Of a stretch of DNA of 64,000 nucleotides, positions 11,116 to 25,359 are shown one piece after another. The notes beneath the pieces were generated by a model, which saw only the letters and a list, made by a program, of their open reading frames with translations, did no database searches and was not told the origin of the DNA. The position numbers and the translations under genes are program-made. Position 1 is the first letter of the stretch, and every line of letters begins with the position of its first letter. The stretch is from Octopus vulgaris (taxonomy: Eukaryota). The stretch spans positions 24,738,001 to 24,802,000 of the forward strand of contig OX597838.1 of assembly GCA_951406725.2 (NCBI GenBank), in the 5' to 3' direction.

Positions 11116-13574
11116 AAATTGAAACCACATAGTTAAGACAACTCAGAACTGAAATGACCAACATCACACCATTCTTTTTGTATGCAATCCAGTGGGGATC
11201 ACTGATCACTTTAATTTTTCATAGTGAACAAACTGGCCATATTGGACACTCGGCAAAGAGTAGGGATTGTATGGGGTGAAATGACCAGGAGGTGGACGTG
11301 CTACTGCAACAGTGACTTTCTAGCTGTGTCCAGTTCTACTTGCTCTCCTACAAGCAGTTTGAGCAACATTACTAATTTTCTCTTTAGACATTTAGCTAGG
11401 CTTGTAAAAGAGAAAGTTCATGTTGCTGGTGACAGGATTTGAAACCAGGGCCTTTGACTCAGTAAAATTAGCATGTTACCATAATTGCAACATCACAATT
11501 TATCTTACATTTTATTCCATTTATTTTTTTATTGTGAGTAACACTTAGACTTTGGTCACTAATAATACATTAAAACAGAGAGAGATTTTAAGCATTTCTC
11601 TTTGGCCATCGTTTTTTCAGTATCACAACTCTGTATTCTATTAAAATATTTCTAAGCATGGCCATTCATAAAGAATTAACTGCTAAAGTTTCAATGTAAA
11701 ATGTTATTAGATATTATAGTACCAATTTAACATAGTGGGGAAAAACCCACTCACTCACAAGCTCTGAACCACAAGCCTATCATTTGTCAGGCAATAAAAT
11801 ATGTGTGGAGTGTGGATAAAGTGGTGCAGTTAGAATACTAAAACACAGTACCTAGTCTGTGAAAAATGGGGACCAGTGTAAACAGGTAATAGAGACACCT
11901 GGAATGAGATATATGGCTAAGTTCCTTTCTGTAAACTTGTTATTTTTTTCTTTTGTCTGAAATTGGTGATTATAATGTATTGCCAAAACCCAATTCATCC
12001 AGGAACTCACAACTTGAGCACCCACAACAGAAAGGATTTGAAACCCTATAAGATAACTTGTCCTTAGACTAAGAAACTTTCCACTGATTACAAATAAGAA
12101 AAATCTTTCAATTTAAGGTCATGAAAAATAGGAAAAATACACCCACAAGAATTCATTAAATTAATGCCAGCTAAATTCGAAAGATCACATCTATTATATA
12201 TTAAACACTTCATTTATCAAACAAATGGGATTTCCTTTCTCTCCTGCAATTCCTTCAGGGAGAGCCCCAAGTAAAACTCAATATGTCACATATAGAATTT
12301 TTTATTTTGAGTCGCTGGACTGCAGCCATGCTGGGTTACCAGTCCCAACAGTTTTTAATCTAGTTATTTCAATTGGCTATTTATTTCATTGATCTATATT
12401 TTACTGAGTGACCGTTACCATTTTGAAATAATTACCAGTTTCTTAATCAGTAGCATTCTATCAAAAACGAATACACATACCACAGGCTGCTACACAGTGA
12501 GTTCAAACCACATGATTGTGATGAAAAATTAGCATAGCCATGCTTATATCTGCATGCACAGACAGACAGTGTGCATGCATGTGTGCGCATACTCATTTGT
12601 ATATAATTTACATTTATACATAATGCATAGTTTTTTTGTTTTTTTTAAAGTATGAGATAGAAATAGTGATTAGTCAAATTTATTATAATTGCTATGTGAA
12701 ATACATTGAAACATACATTCTCAAACAAAGCAATGTATTATCTATACTAGTGTACCCTCTGTTAAGTCAACCAGTATGGAAGGATATAAAAGACATAATG
12801 CAGAATGTAAACACTTCTGTTTTTATAAACTCATTCTACACTCACAGTTCATTATAAAAATTACAGTATTTCAGAAACAGAAGTATTCATTTTTCTCAGT
12901 TTATGTTTACATATTGATAATGATAAGACCTATGTATTATCCTTACGGACTTTTATTTATTTAATTTTCACATTTGAAAATTCAAGTAGTATTTTTCAAT
13001 AATAGAAGCATTACATTCTGACTTGCTGCACTAAAGGTTGTCAGCAGTAAACCTGTCAGGATTTTGAGCAATGAAGGTTAACAGTATTTGTGCAGGACAT
13101 CTAATATGTCACCATAATCAAAGAAATTTACTGATAATATATCAATCTTAACTGTTCATTACCTCAGATAGTTTGGACAATAGATACAATTTATTTCCAT
13201 CATGCTATTCTGATATAGCAGCATTCTCAACTAAGGAAAAATGGGTAACATATAGTTCCCAAGTATGATACTTACCCCCAACACTTAAGGGTAAAAAACT
13301 GTATTATACATGAATATGGTACATGTGTGTGTGTGTGTGTGTGCGTGTTTATGTATGTGTAGCTATATAAATTACATAACAGACTTCTCTCCAGACTACC
13401 AAGATTGATGAGAAGTTAACCTAAAATGGGAGACCTAGTCAGGATACACACAACAGTGTACTCCAAGGGTCAGGCAGATGTGTTAAGCCGGGTGCTGTTT
13501 TAAGTCTACTACATAAGAACAGAAATGATGGATTTCTGCAGTTTCTAACTTAACTGGCATTCCGTTGGTTATGA

Positions 13575-13845
13575 AGGTTCCAGTTGATCTAGTCAATGAA
13601 ACAACCTGTTTGTAGAATTACATGCAAGTGGCTGAGCACTCCACAGACGTGTACCCTTAACGTAGTTTTCAGAGATATTCAGCGTGACACAGAATGTGAC
13701 AAGGCTGGCCCTTTGTAAGACAAGTACTTCTCATTTTTGCCAGCTGAGTGAACCAGAGCGACATGAAATAAATCAAAGACAAAGTGCTACCAGGTATTGA
13801 ACTCACAACCTTACAAGTGTGAGTCTAACAACTTAGCCACATGCC
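13575..13845 (-). mobile_element. SINE family G
   Basis: Shared with 62497-63190; tRNA-like head at the high-coordinate end. Confidence 0.8.
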
Positions 13846-14043
13846 TTAATAAGTTCCTGACTTGTAGATATGAACATATACAATAGGCTTTTGCAGAGCT
13901 TCTGTGTAGCAAATTTTCCTCGTGAGTATTGGTGAACATGACGTTATGGTAGTAGAAAACATGCCCACGGTTATGAGCAGTGAGATTAAACCCGAAACCA
14001 CATAGTTACTAAGTGACTGTCTTGACCATATAGCCATGCTAAA

Positions 14044-14259
14044 TTAACCCTTTAGTATTTAAACCAGCCATATCCAGCCCAAATATTCTGTTTTGTGTTT
14101 AAATTGGCCAGATGTGGCCTCTCACACCTACCCTACAATATCATTCTAAAAGTCAACAGTTACCTCATCAAAATCTCAAAGCTACAAGATAATGTTTGAT
14201 TAAAGACATGTGGATAAATAAACACTTTTGACAGAATAATGTAAATACTAAGTGGTTAA
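14044..14259. mobile_element. MITE family D
   Basis: TTAACCCTTTAGTATTTA...TAAATACTAAGTGGTTAA. Confidence 0.85.
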
Positions 14260-16309
14260 GGAAGTTAAAGAAATATTAAATATATAATGGAGTCTGCAAG
14301 TGCATCTTGCTGGGAACCAAATAAAAAAAAAGGAGTTTTGATGCAAATGAAACTTAGAGTGACCCTAGACAGTTTCTTTGAACTGTAAATTGTCAAAGAT
14401 CTCACATCTGTTTTCTGTATGAGAATTTGTTAGAGAAATTATTGACATGAATATTAACAGTAATATTTTGTGTTTGGATATGGCTTCATGAGAACAAGCA
14501 AATCATTTAATTAATAGATGAAAGCGTAATATATTTTCTCACAAAATAGGCAGAATGAAGCCAAAGATGATGTAATGTTTGGATTCTGAGTTCTCCGACC
14601 TGCAGATATTTGGTTTAATTAAGTTAAACAGGATAATGGTGATTAAGGTTAACTCCGGGAGGACACAAACAGATGGCAGAAAGATTACAAAGACCTTTCT
14701 TCTTTCCTCACTCTAGACAAGCTGAAAAAACAGGTAGCTGTTCATCTAAGGCGCTAACCTTTGGTAATAACAGGAAACTATGTAGTAGTAATGCTGCTAG
14801 AAATGACAGTCAAATACCCACAAAACTACTCCTGATTTTTGGAGAGAAATGACACACTGAATAAAGTTCTAGAAAATAAACACGAGAGGGTCACAGCTAA
14901 AATGCCTTTGATCTTAAGCCTGTTTTAACAAGGTTAACCCAGGGCTAAACAACCTTTCATGAGGTTATCCCCTTGCAGATTAACAAGTGCAGAAATGTTA
15001 TAAGTCATCTATAATAATAGCAGGATGTAAAATGCTCATTAATTTCTGTCCAGTCAGCTTTTGCCAGGTGGAGGACCATCTGAAATAGATTTGCCACTTC
15101 ACACAGCAAGTTTGCTGTACTCGTTTTTTTTTTTTATCAATGTTACTCACTGCACAGACCAACACCAGTCTCTTTGGAATCTGTCACAGAAATAGTTTTA
15201 TGAAAAAGTACAACTATGAGAAAATTTGAGAGTAAAAAGTACAAACCTTTTGCTAACACCCCCACATGTATGCATAAAGGGAAAATGGTAACATCAATAT
15301 TAGAAAGCTGATTTCAGCTGTATTTCCAGAAATGCAATTGAAAAAGCATGAAGTATTGTTGATTAAGTTGTCGAGTGTCTGACTGGTAGAGTACTTTATT
15401 CCCCCTGCAGTGATGATCTGAGTTCAGAATATAGAGGGATATATTCAAATTATCTGACCACTGATTCTACCGATATGCTAAGTAGGGAAGGTAATTAATT
15501 AAGAAAAACCTTAACTTATCCATGGATAGAATTCAAGACATTCCATCACAAAACTTTATCAACAAGATCCTGGAACTGGGGCAAGATACATGGTTTAACT
15601 GCCAGGTGAGCTCTGACTGATTAGGCCTATAGTCAAATGTGTTTCCCTTATGACCGTTTCCTCTTTTATTCAAGATAACCATGACAATATTTTATGCGTT
15701 CTTCCTTTTAGGACAATAGAAAATAAGGTATTAAGGTGAATTTAGCTGTTATTTCTAACCAGCAGAGGAATCTTGCTGAGGCCTCTTCATTGGCACAGCT
15801 ATCTACAATTTGAAGATGCATGCATATAGTGCAATGGGAAGTAACAGAAACATTTAAATCACACCCTCCTTTGGAATTTTTCAATGTTTATAAACTATTA
15901 AAAGATATTTTCTACATTCTGCGAAACCATTTCAATACACCACCCCTCCACACACAGAGTAACATTCAAAATGGTTTTGAAAAATGTAAACAAATGGGTA
16001 CAGGCAGACATATCTGTGTGTGTGTGGTACCATGGATAAGTATTTTCTTCTCATAGCCTTATGACTAATTTCAGACACACAGCATGGAATGGCAAAAATT
16101 GGTGTGTCAAATGAAAATACCTTGTGGTATTTCACTCCACAGCAACTTTCTCCCTTTACATCCAAGCTGACTATTTTGTCCACTGGGTCGATAAACTCAT
16201 ACTGAGCAATGTACTGTGGAGAGGGTGGTCAGTAAAATTGATTAAAACCTTTTAAAGCAATACCACAACATGGATGCAGTGCAGTGAGTGACCAAAGGCT
16301 CATATCAAT

Positions 16310-16640
16310 GGTCATGCTGGGGCACTGCCTTGAAGAACTGCAGTTCAACAAATTAAACCTTGTACTTTTTTTTTTCCTTTTTAAAGCCTGGTACTTATTT
16401 TATTGGTTTCTTTTTCTGAAGTTCTAATGTTATGGGGATGTAAACACACCAACACAGGTTGTCAAGTGGAGGTGGGGGACAAACAAAGATATACGACAGG
16501 CTTCTTTTAGCTTCTGTCTACCAGATCCACTCACAAGGCTTTGTTCAGCCTAGGGCTATGGTAGAAGATACTTGCCCAAGGTGCCATGCAATGGGATGGA
16601 ACCTGGAACTTCTTACTGCACAGTCATTCCTGCATGTATA
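16310..16640 (-). mobile_element. SINE family A, diverged
   Basis: CATGCTGGGGCACTGCC tail and CCACTCACAAGGCTTTG body. Confidence 0.8.
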
Positions 16641-16863
16641 CATGAGAAAGGCTCAAATGGCAACATTTCGATAAACACAGTGATTTTCTGCAGGCATTCA
16701 TTTATGAAAACAAAATCTATCTAGTAGTTCCTTTGACCTTGCAGTTATAGTTAAATCGTGTTCCATTAGGGAGATCCAATAAAACTGAAACATGCTCAGA
16801 GTTGTCATTACACTGATAAACATCAAACTCACTCCCAACTGCATTCCATATTTAATTTTAATT

Positions 16864-17075
16864 GGTTCTAATTTAGAAACAAGGCCAGCAATTTTAAGAG
16901 GAGGAGGATGGGTCAATGCCATCAACCTAAGTACTTGACTGGTACTTTGATTTTATCAACTGGTAAAGGGAATGAAAAGCAGGATTTGAACTCAGAACAT
17001 AAAGAGCTAGAAAAGATACTGCAAAGCAATTTTTCATTTTTCTGATGCTCTAATGATTCTGCCAGCTCATTACCT
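16864..17075 (-). mobile_element. SINE family B (tRNA-derived)
   Basis: GGATTTGAACTCAGAAC B-box and AAGGCCAGCAATTT tail shared with other family B copies. Confidence 0.75.
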
Positions 17076-17703
17076 TATATTTAATTAAAACTAAGATTGT
17101 CTCCCTTGCCCTGCCCCCCCCCCCCCCGCCTCCACTAAAAATAATGTTGATAATTGTTCATCACCAAAGGTATAATTTTAATTAAAAAATCCAGTTTGAC
17201 TAGATAAAGTGTGCTAATTAGCACCCACTTTACTGCTAAACTTTTCATACACCAGTTCTCTCCCTCGCTATTTTTCTTCCCCTGTCATTCTACCAATTAA
17301 GATGTTTGTTCCTCCTGTCTTAAGATGTCAATGCCTCTACCAACCACAAAGTTGTTGACAAACAATCATGTCAAATAAAATAAACTTTAATGATTCACTA
17401 ATAAATACAAGGCTGACCTCACCCTCTCCCTTCTGAAGGCCAGCCTTCCAGGATATAACTACTACTTCCTGTCATGTATATGAAGATTAGAAAAATAATT
17501 GGAGAATGGTACTCAGCATAGAACCTTAATATGACAGCTTTTTTTTTCTAAGTAGAGATACTAAGAGCACACACATAAGTGTTTAGAAGAGTCCATTGCA
17601 TGCAAAGTAGAACTATCATGCACAGCATAATGAGAACTGCCTTGTATATCTATAGAATTCTTTCATTTTCACTGTCATCATCAGAGAAGTACCACACTTG
17701 ATT

Positions 17704-17932
17704 TTAACCCTTTTGATACCAACCCGGCTGAAACCACTTCTGGCTCTGTAATACAAATGTCTTGTTTCCATTAGTTGTGAATTAAAATCTTCCACCAAAA
17801 CCTTAGTCACAATTTACGTTCCAAACACTAGCTTAATGATAGCGAAGCTATTTTACTAAATTCTTGGTTATATTCAAAATTAATTGAAAGAAACAGAGCA
17901 TCTCAAAATAAATACGGTAACAAAAGGGTTAA
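17704..17932. mobile_element. MITE family E (TTAA-flanked, piggyBac-like)
   Basis: TTAACCCTTTTGATACC...GGTAACAAAAGGGTTAA. Confidence 0.9.
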
Positions 17933-19341
17933 ATAATCTAGGGCAGTGGTTTTCAACCGGGGTCTATATGAGCCTCGGAGATCCGTATAAGATTTTGTTG
18001 TTAAGGTTTATATGCAATAAATTGCATATAATTTTTTTTATACAATTCCTAATAAAAATATAGGATTTTTTTATGTCCATGGAAAGGTATGGTACAGTAG
18101 AGTAAAACAGGAACCATTGATCTAGGGAATATCTTTTGGACACAGTCTTTAGTACAAGCTTTGCCAAACATTTGCAAGATGGTGAAACTTAAATGACATT
18201 AACCTTGCCTCATATAAAAGTAAATTGTAACGCCAACGAAGGAACAACTATGTGGTCACCTGATATGCTAGAAATATCAGCAAAATCGGTTTCAAAAGAC
18301 GTAACTAAGCTAATCCCCTAGATCTACAGTTCTAGAAAATACATATTAAAGAGAAGTTTGAAAGTTATGTGTTTTCAATAAAAAATCTAAAGAGTGCCTA
18401 AATGTGAAGAGTTCCAGTTGCAAGCAAGATATTTTGTAAGGTTTATAGCAGGGTACTATAAATGTCACTACAAACCACAGCAATAGTAAACCAACAAGAG
18501 AACTTTTAAATCCACTTGGTAAAAATAAGCATTAATTGACCCTCAAATCACCTTACAATGGTAAAAAAAAAAGAATGACACTGAATAATGTAATCCAAGA
18601 TACACTATGACAATAAAAGACAAGCCGATGATAGCTGATGTCTGCTCAATCAGGGATGATCTGCAGGTAAATAAGCACCTGCTTCTGATAGCTATTTATA
18701 GCTTATACGGAATGTCTCAATATCTTTCCCAAGGACACATCACAGACAAAAATATCTGATCTAACACTGATACTTTAAAAACTTGGTTAGCTGCAAGTTA
18801 AAGGATAGATTAGAACTGTATTAGAGCTATATTGTATGACAAGGGTAAATAGGAAAGAAAGTATTGGAAAGGACCACATTAGCATAGTTAATTCCTTAAG
18901 CCAGAAAGACTGATGCAAATATTCCATTAAGCTTTCTTGATTTGTCAAAATCGCTCGCTTAAAAAAAAAGTTTTAATACTGAATTATGGCATCAAGGAAT
19001 CATGGTTAGTCATTTTAGCTTTCAGCTTTCCTTTTGGCAATAAAAAGAAAGCAGAGCAAGATAATGTATTTAACGCCAAATGTTAAAATATTACAAATAA
19101 ATCCAATGTAACTAAACATAAACACTCAACATGGCTTTTCTTTAAGGCAAAAAATATTTAAAGTATCATACAGACAAGAAAGTAATAGCTCAAATGCAGT
19201 ATAGCCATGAAAACAGCAGAAAGACTGGGTGCTTTTCTGTCATATAAAGGTAAAATACCCAATTTTTCAGCGGTTTTCATGACATTTGAAATATTACTTC
19301 GTACATGATACACATTTGACACTTCCAAAAACAAAAGTTAA

Positions 19342-19537
19342 TGGTTTCAAATTTTGGCACATGGACAGCACATTTGGGGGAGGGGCTAAGTTCGTTAAAT
19401 CGACGCCAGTGTTCAACTGGCACTTAATTTATCGACTCCAAAAGAATGAAGGCAAAGTCGACCCTGGCGGAATTTGAACCAAGATAGATGAAATGCAGCT
19501 GCTAAGCATTTTGCCCAGCGTGCTAATGGTTCTGCCA
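19342..19537 (-). mobile_element. SINE family B
   Basis: Central GTCGACTTTGCCTTCATTC...GTCGATAAATTAAGTGCCAG motif on the minus strand. Confidence 0.85.
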
Positions 19538-19554
19538 TTTTCTACATTTGGCAT

Positions 19555-19783
19555 TTAACCCTTTAGCATTTAAACCGGCCATATCCGGCCAAAAGTATTC
19601 TGCCTGTTTTACGTTCAAACTGGCCAGATCTGGTCTCTCACACCAACCCTACAATATCATTTTAAAAATTAACAGCTACCTCATTGAAATCTCATAGCTA
19701 CAAGATAATGCATGATTAGTTCAAAACAATGCGGATGAAAAAGCATTAATTTTGGTAGAATAATGTGAACACTAAAGGGTTAA
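19555..19783. mobile_element. MITE family D
   Basis: TTAACCCTTTAGCATT...AACACTAAAGGGTTAA. Confidence 0.9.
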
Positions 19784-21034
19784 GTTAATATGAAAGTATG
19801 AGATGGTCAATATACTTTGTAGGTTTTAATTCCTGTTTCCAAGATTAAATTTCACCCAAGACAAATTTAGCCGTTCATAGCTCTATCATAAAAAAAAAAA
19901 AATACAAAGATACTAGGATTATGCAGATAGATTAATTATGATCCATATTCTAAAAGGAAATGATAATCTTGTACAACATGAAATATTTAGTATTCTAAAT
20001 GCAAAGATACAAACAACATCATTAAAATAATTCCGCCACCATCTTTTACAGGTAACTTGATAGCTTGAGAACAACCAGTAGGATAACACCCACAAATTAA
20101 CATACCCTGAGATGAAAGAAGATTTCAATGAATGAGAATGCTAAATGTTAATTTGCCACAGGTAGAACAAGAAAAACAACGGAGACTAACATTTGCAAAA
20201 GTTGAAAGAAATTTAGAGGATTCTTGTTTACTTGAATCAGATAGATATTAGTAATACATGAATTATACACACACATAAACAAAAGGTCAACTGTACCCTA
20301 TCTCTGTATAGCAAAGAAGTCAAGGCTACCTAATGTAGGTGATAGCCCTGGGTCAACCTTGATCCTATAATCAAATAATTCAAGCTGCGACCAACCCCCA
20401 CCACCACCACCCCCACCACCACCAACAGTGTACCTTGGGCTACATATGTAACATATTCATCTGTTTTTACATGAGGGTGTAAGGGTGGCTGGTATTTTAG
20501 TAAGGTTGAGCAATTACAGAGAGTTCCTTGTTTACCTTAAGCATATCAATTTGAAGAAAGCAATTAAAGACAATATTTACCAGATGTGTATTGAGAAAGG
20601 TTTCTAATAAACGAAATGGAGCAACTGACATGCTACTGGAGGTAACCTCAAAAGTTCTATAAGATATTTGAAAGTATGAAGGTATGGAACTATATGTTCC
20701 ATCTACAATAAAATGCCCAATTGTTTGATCATTTTCTCTTGCTTTCAAATGATAGAAGTACTTTTTTTTATAGTTTAAGTCAACCTGTGAGTCATGGTCG
20801 TTTTTTACTCTTTCTTCCAAAGATCAGAGATTTAGGTGTGAATGTGCTAAAAACCAAAGAGGTAATATTAAAACAGGTGATGAATTACACTGCCCTTGAA
20901 GAAACAGTCCATCAAACTTGGTTTCTGCAGTTTCCAGCCAAATTTCATTCAAAGCTCTATTCAACCCAAAGCCACGCTAGTAGACTGTACAGTAGAATTA
21001 AACTAAAATCCACGGGGTGACTAAAAATAAACTA

Positions 21035-21166
21035 GGGCATCCAGCTGTAGAAACCATGCTGAAACAGACAATTGGAGTCTAGACAGCTCCCTGGCTGGCT
21101 GGTCGGCCGGCCGGCCCTAGTTAAACCATCCAACCCATGCCAGTATGGAAAACAATGACGATGATG
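21035..21166 (+). mobile_element. family C repeat
   Basis: GGGCATCCAGCTGTAGAAACCATGC...CCAACCCATGCCAGTATGGAAAA...GATGATG. Confidence 0.75.
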
Positions 21167-21194
21167 CGACTGAAACACTAAACCTTCTCTTTTG

Positions 21195-21392
21195 TTAACC
21201 CTTTACCATTTAAACTGGTCCTATCTGGCCCAAATATTCTGTTTTATGCTTAAACCGGTCAGATACAGCCTCTCACCTACCCTATAATGTCATTCTAAAA
21301 ATGAACGGATCAGATTATTGAAATCTTGATACTGCAAGACAATGTCAATAAGTATTACTTTTGACAGAGAAATTTGGATGCTGAAGGGTTAA
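21195..21392. mobile_element. MITE family D
   Basis: TTAACCCTTTACCATT...GATGCTGAAGGGTTAA. Confidence 0.85.
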
Positions 21393-22699
21393 GCCAACAA
21401 ATTTGAACGACACAATGAATCATAAATCAGAAACAAGATTCTACTCCTTGAAAACAAAAACAATAAAAAATTTAAATCTAGAATTTCAGGACACTGGCAA
21501 TGACAGAAACAATTAGTCCATAGTTGGGCGAGTTCAATTACACAGAGGGGTAAATAACCTATTAGGCCCCTTGTCTTCAACTCAGGCAAAAAGCAAGGGT
21601 GTTAAACATTGGTTTCTTTACTCTTCAACTGAAATTATAGAACAGGTGAACAAATGTGCCAAAGGAAAAATTCTGGCAAAATTCTTTGGTTGAACAGTTT
21701 CTTTGGAATACATCAACTGAATGCACAAGGAGAAGTCTTTCTTATTCACTGTTTCCCTATTCACATGGTGACAGTAATAAAATAAAAAAAAATATGAATA
21801 ATGTCATAGCAAAAACGTTCCAATCATAAAACCATTTTATAGAATACATTATTACATTCTAAAATAGCCTTTCTAATATTTAAAAGAAAAACGCTTTAGA
21901 AAAAGGGGAGTGAAGTGCATGTGGAAGGGATATGAAGGTCGTTAATTGAAATTGGAGAACAGAAAAAAAATCATATCTAAAGTGCAAGCCATTTGTAATA
22001 ATTGTTAACATCCTGTTGAAAATAATTATACACTCAAAAGTTAGGACAAAAAGGCAAGATCATCATAAATAACATTAACTGGAAGGTTTTTGTATCCTTA
22101 ATACATCAGTGAAAGCCAACAAGGATTATAAATTGGTTTTTCCTTATTTTATTCCAAAATCATCATCATCACCATTTGTCTCCATAATTGTTTTCTTTCA
22201 ATCTTGTTTTGACAAATATACAGTGATCTAAGACAACAATGAATTCAACCATTCGGAAGTAAATTACTCAGGCCAAATTCATTACACACACACACATATA
22301 TATATATATAACTCTTCTGATATGAATGCACTTGAAACAGCCCTTGGTCTAACAATACAAATAGTTTTAATGCAATCTAAATCAAAACCTCCCATCAAAA
22401 TTTATATTTAAAACATCAGCTTAATGACAAAATTATTTTGCTAAGCTCCTTCATTATCTTCAAAATATGGTAACAAAAGGTTTAAAGAACTAAAAGCTGT
22501 ACAAACAGTACAAAACTTGATCTGAGATCATGTGTCGAAACTGACAATTTCATCTTTGCAAGTCATGATGGCTATTTAAAAGGCACATACACATACCATT
22601 ATATTCAATTTTGTTTCAGTTTGTGATGATAAACACTTTTTTTCCTCATGTTTCTGACCCACTCAGAAGTGGACATGTACAAGACTGGTTAATTATACA

Positions 22700-23095
22700 T
22701 CTTTATATATAAAAGAGAGGTTGTGTGCTGTCTGTCTCCTTCGATTTAGATTCCTAACTACTCCCACATTTTGCAGTGCAGTTTAACCAAAACCGGGTAT
22801 CTTATAGTCGTGATTCATATCGAGCCCTTCTGGGTATTAGTGCGCGTCTACGATGAGTCTACGATTTAAAAAAAAAAATTACCATCAATTTTTCCTATTT
22901 TTAATGCATTTTTGGCATATATAAGGGAAGTAACTCTCTAAAAATTTATTAAATCTCAGAACGTAAAAAGCTACAGTAACACCCCCCCCCTTGTGGTTAG
23001 CCATATTGAGATGGCTATTATACTTTACATCTCTAAAAAATGCTTATATAGTTATTTCCCTTACAAACCCGAGCAACGCCGGGCGATACTGCTAG
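22700..23095 (+). mobile_element. non-autonomous Helitron
   Basis: A|TC 5' end, subterminal hairpin CCCG-AGCAACGC-CGGG, CTAG|T 3' end, no TSD. Confidence 0.85.
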
Positions 23096-23797
23096 TTAGA
23101 AAATAAAACAAAAGTGAATATAAAGAGGTGTGTGTATGTGGTAAATTATTCTAACTACCATAATAGTAAAAAAAAATTGAAATAGAAATACAGTTTGATT
23201 CCCTGGGAAAAAGTAAATGAAAACCTCAATAGAAGAGCAGAAAGAGATAAATTTAAGATTTACCTAGCATGTAGATGTTGTACAGAGAAAAAGTTCATAG
23301 GATGTTAATAGGTTCACTTGCCATGAAGAGTGGGAAGTATTGTGTCAGGCTCTTCCCACTCTGCACAATAATGAAACATCAGTAGTTTACCAATTCCTTT
23401 GGATTAATTATTACTGATGTAGGCCCTTGCAAGTTTCCTTGGATTTCAAGAACAACAGCTTCTGTGGCATAGGTTGAGGATTCGAAAGGATTCAGTGAGC
23501 CAAAAGACTCTATGAAACCCCAATGTTTGCTTTGGCATTGTTTCTGTGGGTGGAGGCCCTTTAAGATGCCAACCACTTTACTGTTCATTTAACAACCATT
23601 CCCCCCCCCCACGCCTGCTTGGGTTGGATCAGCAGTTATTTGAAATAGGATTTTATGGCTCAATGCTCTTATGTATATGTGTTTGCACAAAGTGTATATT
23701 TTATTTATATGCTAATATAAATATATCCTTGCTATGCAAATACAAATATCTAGCAAATTTATATGCAAATACACATTGTTACTGACAATTTGTGTAA

Positions 23798-24097
23798 TAC
23801 TCTCTTTACTCTTTTACTTGTTTCAGTCATTTGACTGCGGCCATGCTGGAGCACCGTCTTTAGTCGAGCAAATCGACCCCAGGACTTATTCTTTGTAAGA
23901 CCAGTACTTATTCACACAAACACATACACACATATATACGACAGGCTTCTTTCAGTTTCTGTCTACCAAATCCACTCACAAGGCATTGGTCGGCCCGGGG
24001 CTATAGCAGAAGACACTTGCCCAAGATGCCACGCAGTGGGACTGAACCCGGAACCATGTGGTTGGTAAGCAAGCTACTTACCACACAGCCACTCCTC
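23798..24097 (-). mobile_element. SINE family A, young copy with internal deletion
   Basis: Near-identical head and tail; lacks the CTATCGGTCTC...CTAGGGGGAC segment. Confidence 0.9.
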
Positions 24098-24649
24098 AAG
24101 GTTACTTTCATTTATCAGGGGAAAAAAACCCCAAAAGAAAAAACGTGCAGCTGCTTAAAGTGTTCAACTGATTCTGAAGCATTCTTAAATTCCTTCTCCT
24201 CCACTAACTGTTCCAAACTCTGATGTGATGGTATAATGTTAGACCATTAACATAGGAAGGGGAAGTTCCACTAAATCTAATTGTCTAAAAATAGTTTTGT
24301 TTTTCAAATAGTCAGGAAGTTTTCAAGAAAGTAAAGAATATTTCCAAGAGTCGTAATGTCTACAGCGGAATAGAAATTTAAGAATCAGCAGATGGACTTT
24401 GTAAACAATTCCAAACTTCTAATAATAGAAGCTCTCCAACAAGAATGTTAAGTTTAAATGATATATAATATATACTCAGGTGCATACTTCTGCCTTTTTG
24501 CATACATGTGCACAAATGCAGGCATTTAAGTGTATGTCTATACATGTGTTCATCCATCAAGTAAAATGTGATGCGAAAGATGGGCAGTGAATGGCAGACG
24601 GAGAGAAAGAAAAACAAAAAAAATCAATAGAGAACCAGACAAAGCATTT

Positions 24650-24799
24650 TGTGGCTGTGTGGTAAGAAGCTTGCTTCTCAACCACATGGTTCTGGGTTCA
24701 GTCCCACTGTGTAGCACCTTGGGCAAGTGTCTTCTATAACCTTGGCCCAGCCAAAGCCTTGTGAGTGGATTTGTAAGGTGGAAACTGAAAGAAGCCCGA

Positions 24800-24864
<65 letters not shown>

Positions 24865-25058
24865 GTTTGTTCCCTCACTGCTTGACAACTGATGGCATGT
24901 TTATGTTCCCCATAACTTAGCAGTTTGGCAAACAAGACAGCTAGAATAAGTACTAGGCTTAAAAAGCAATAATTCCTGGGGTTGATATGTTCAACTAAAA
25001 CCTTTCAAGGTGGTGCCCCAGCTTGGCTGCAGTCAAATGACCAAAACAAGTAAAAGGT
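24650..25058 (+). mobile_element. SINE family A with internal (TG)n(TA)n
   Basis: Full-length head-to-tail similarity. Confidence 0.9.
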
Positions 25059-25098
25059 AAACCTTTCCCAAATCAACTTTGCTTTTCATCCTTTGAAC

Positions 25099-25359
25099 CA
25101 GTGGTTCTCAACCATTTTTTTTTTTTGCCAGTGGACCCATTTCATTCCTATTTTATTCTACTGGACCTCCATTGGCAGTCACTGTATATAAAGAAATGTA
25201 TATAAAAAATTTTGCTGTATTTTTAGGAGTAAATATATCAGGAATTGCATTAAAACAAATTGTCAAACTATTTTGTGTTTTGTACAAGTAAATAACCAAT
25301 TTATTGCACATAAATTTTAACATTAAAATCTTATAACGGGCTTCGGTTGAGAACCACTA
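25099..25359. mobile_element. hAT-type MITE inserted in a SINE B remnant
   Basis: TIRs CAGTGGTTCTCAACC / GGTTGAGAACCACTA; degenerate 8-bp flanks CTTTGAAC / CTTTTAAT. Related copies at ~17944-18120 and ~54524-54740. Confidence 0.8.

Noticed and set aside
17670-17690. Other CTGATGA motifs (also ~50508, 51453, 60693)
   Set aside because: None has a stem II followed by GAAA, so they are not hammerheads; no convincing C/D snoRNA ends either.
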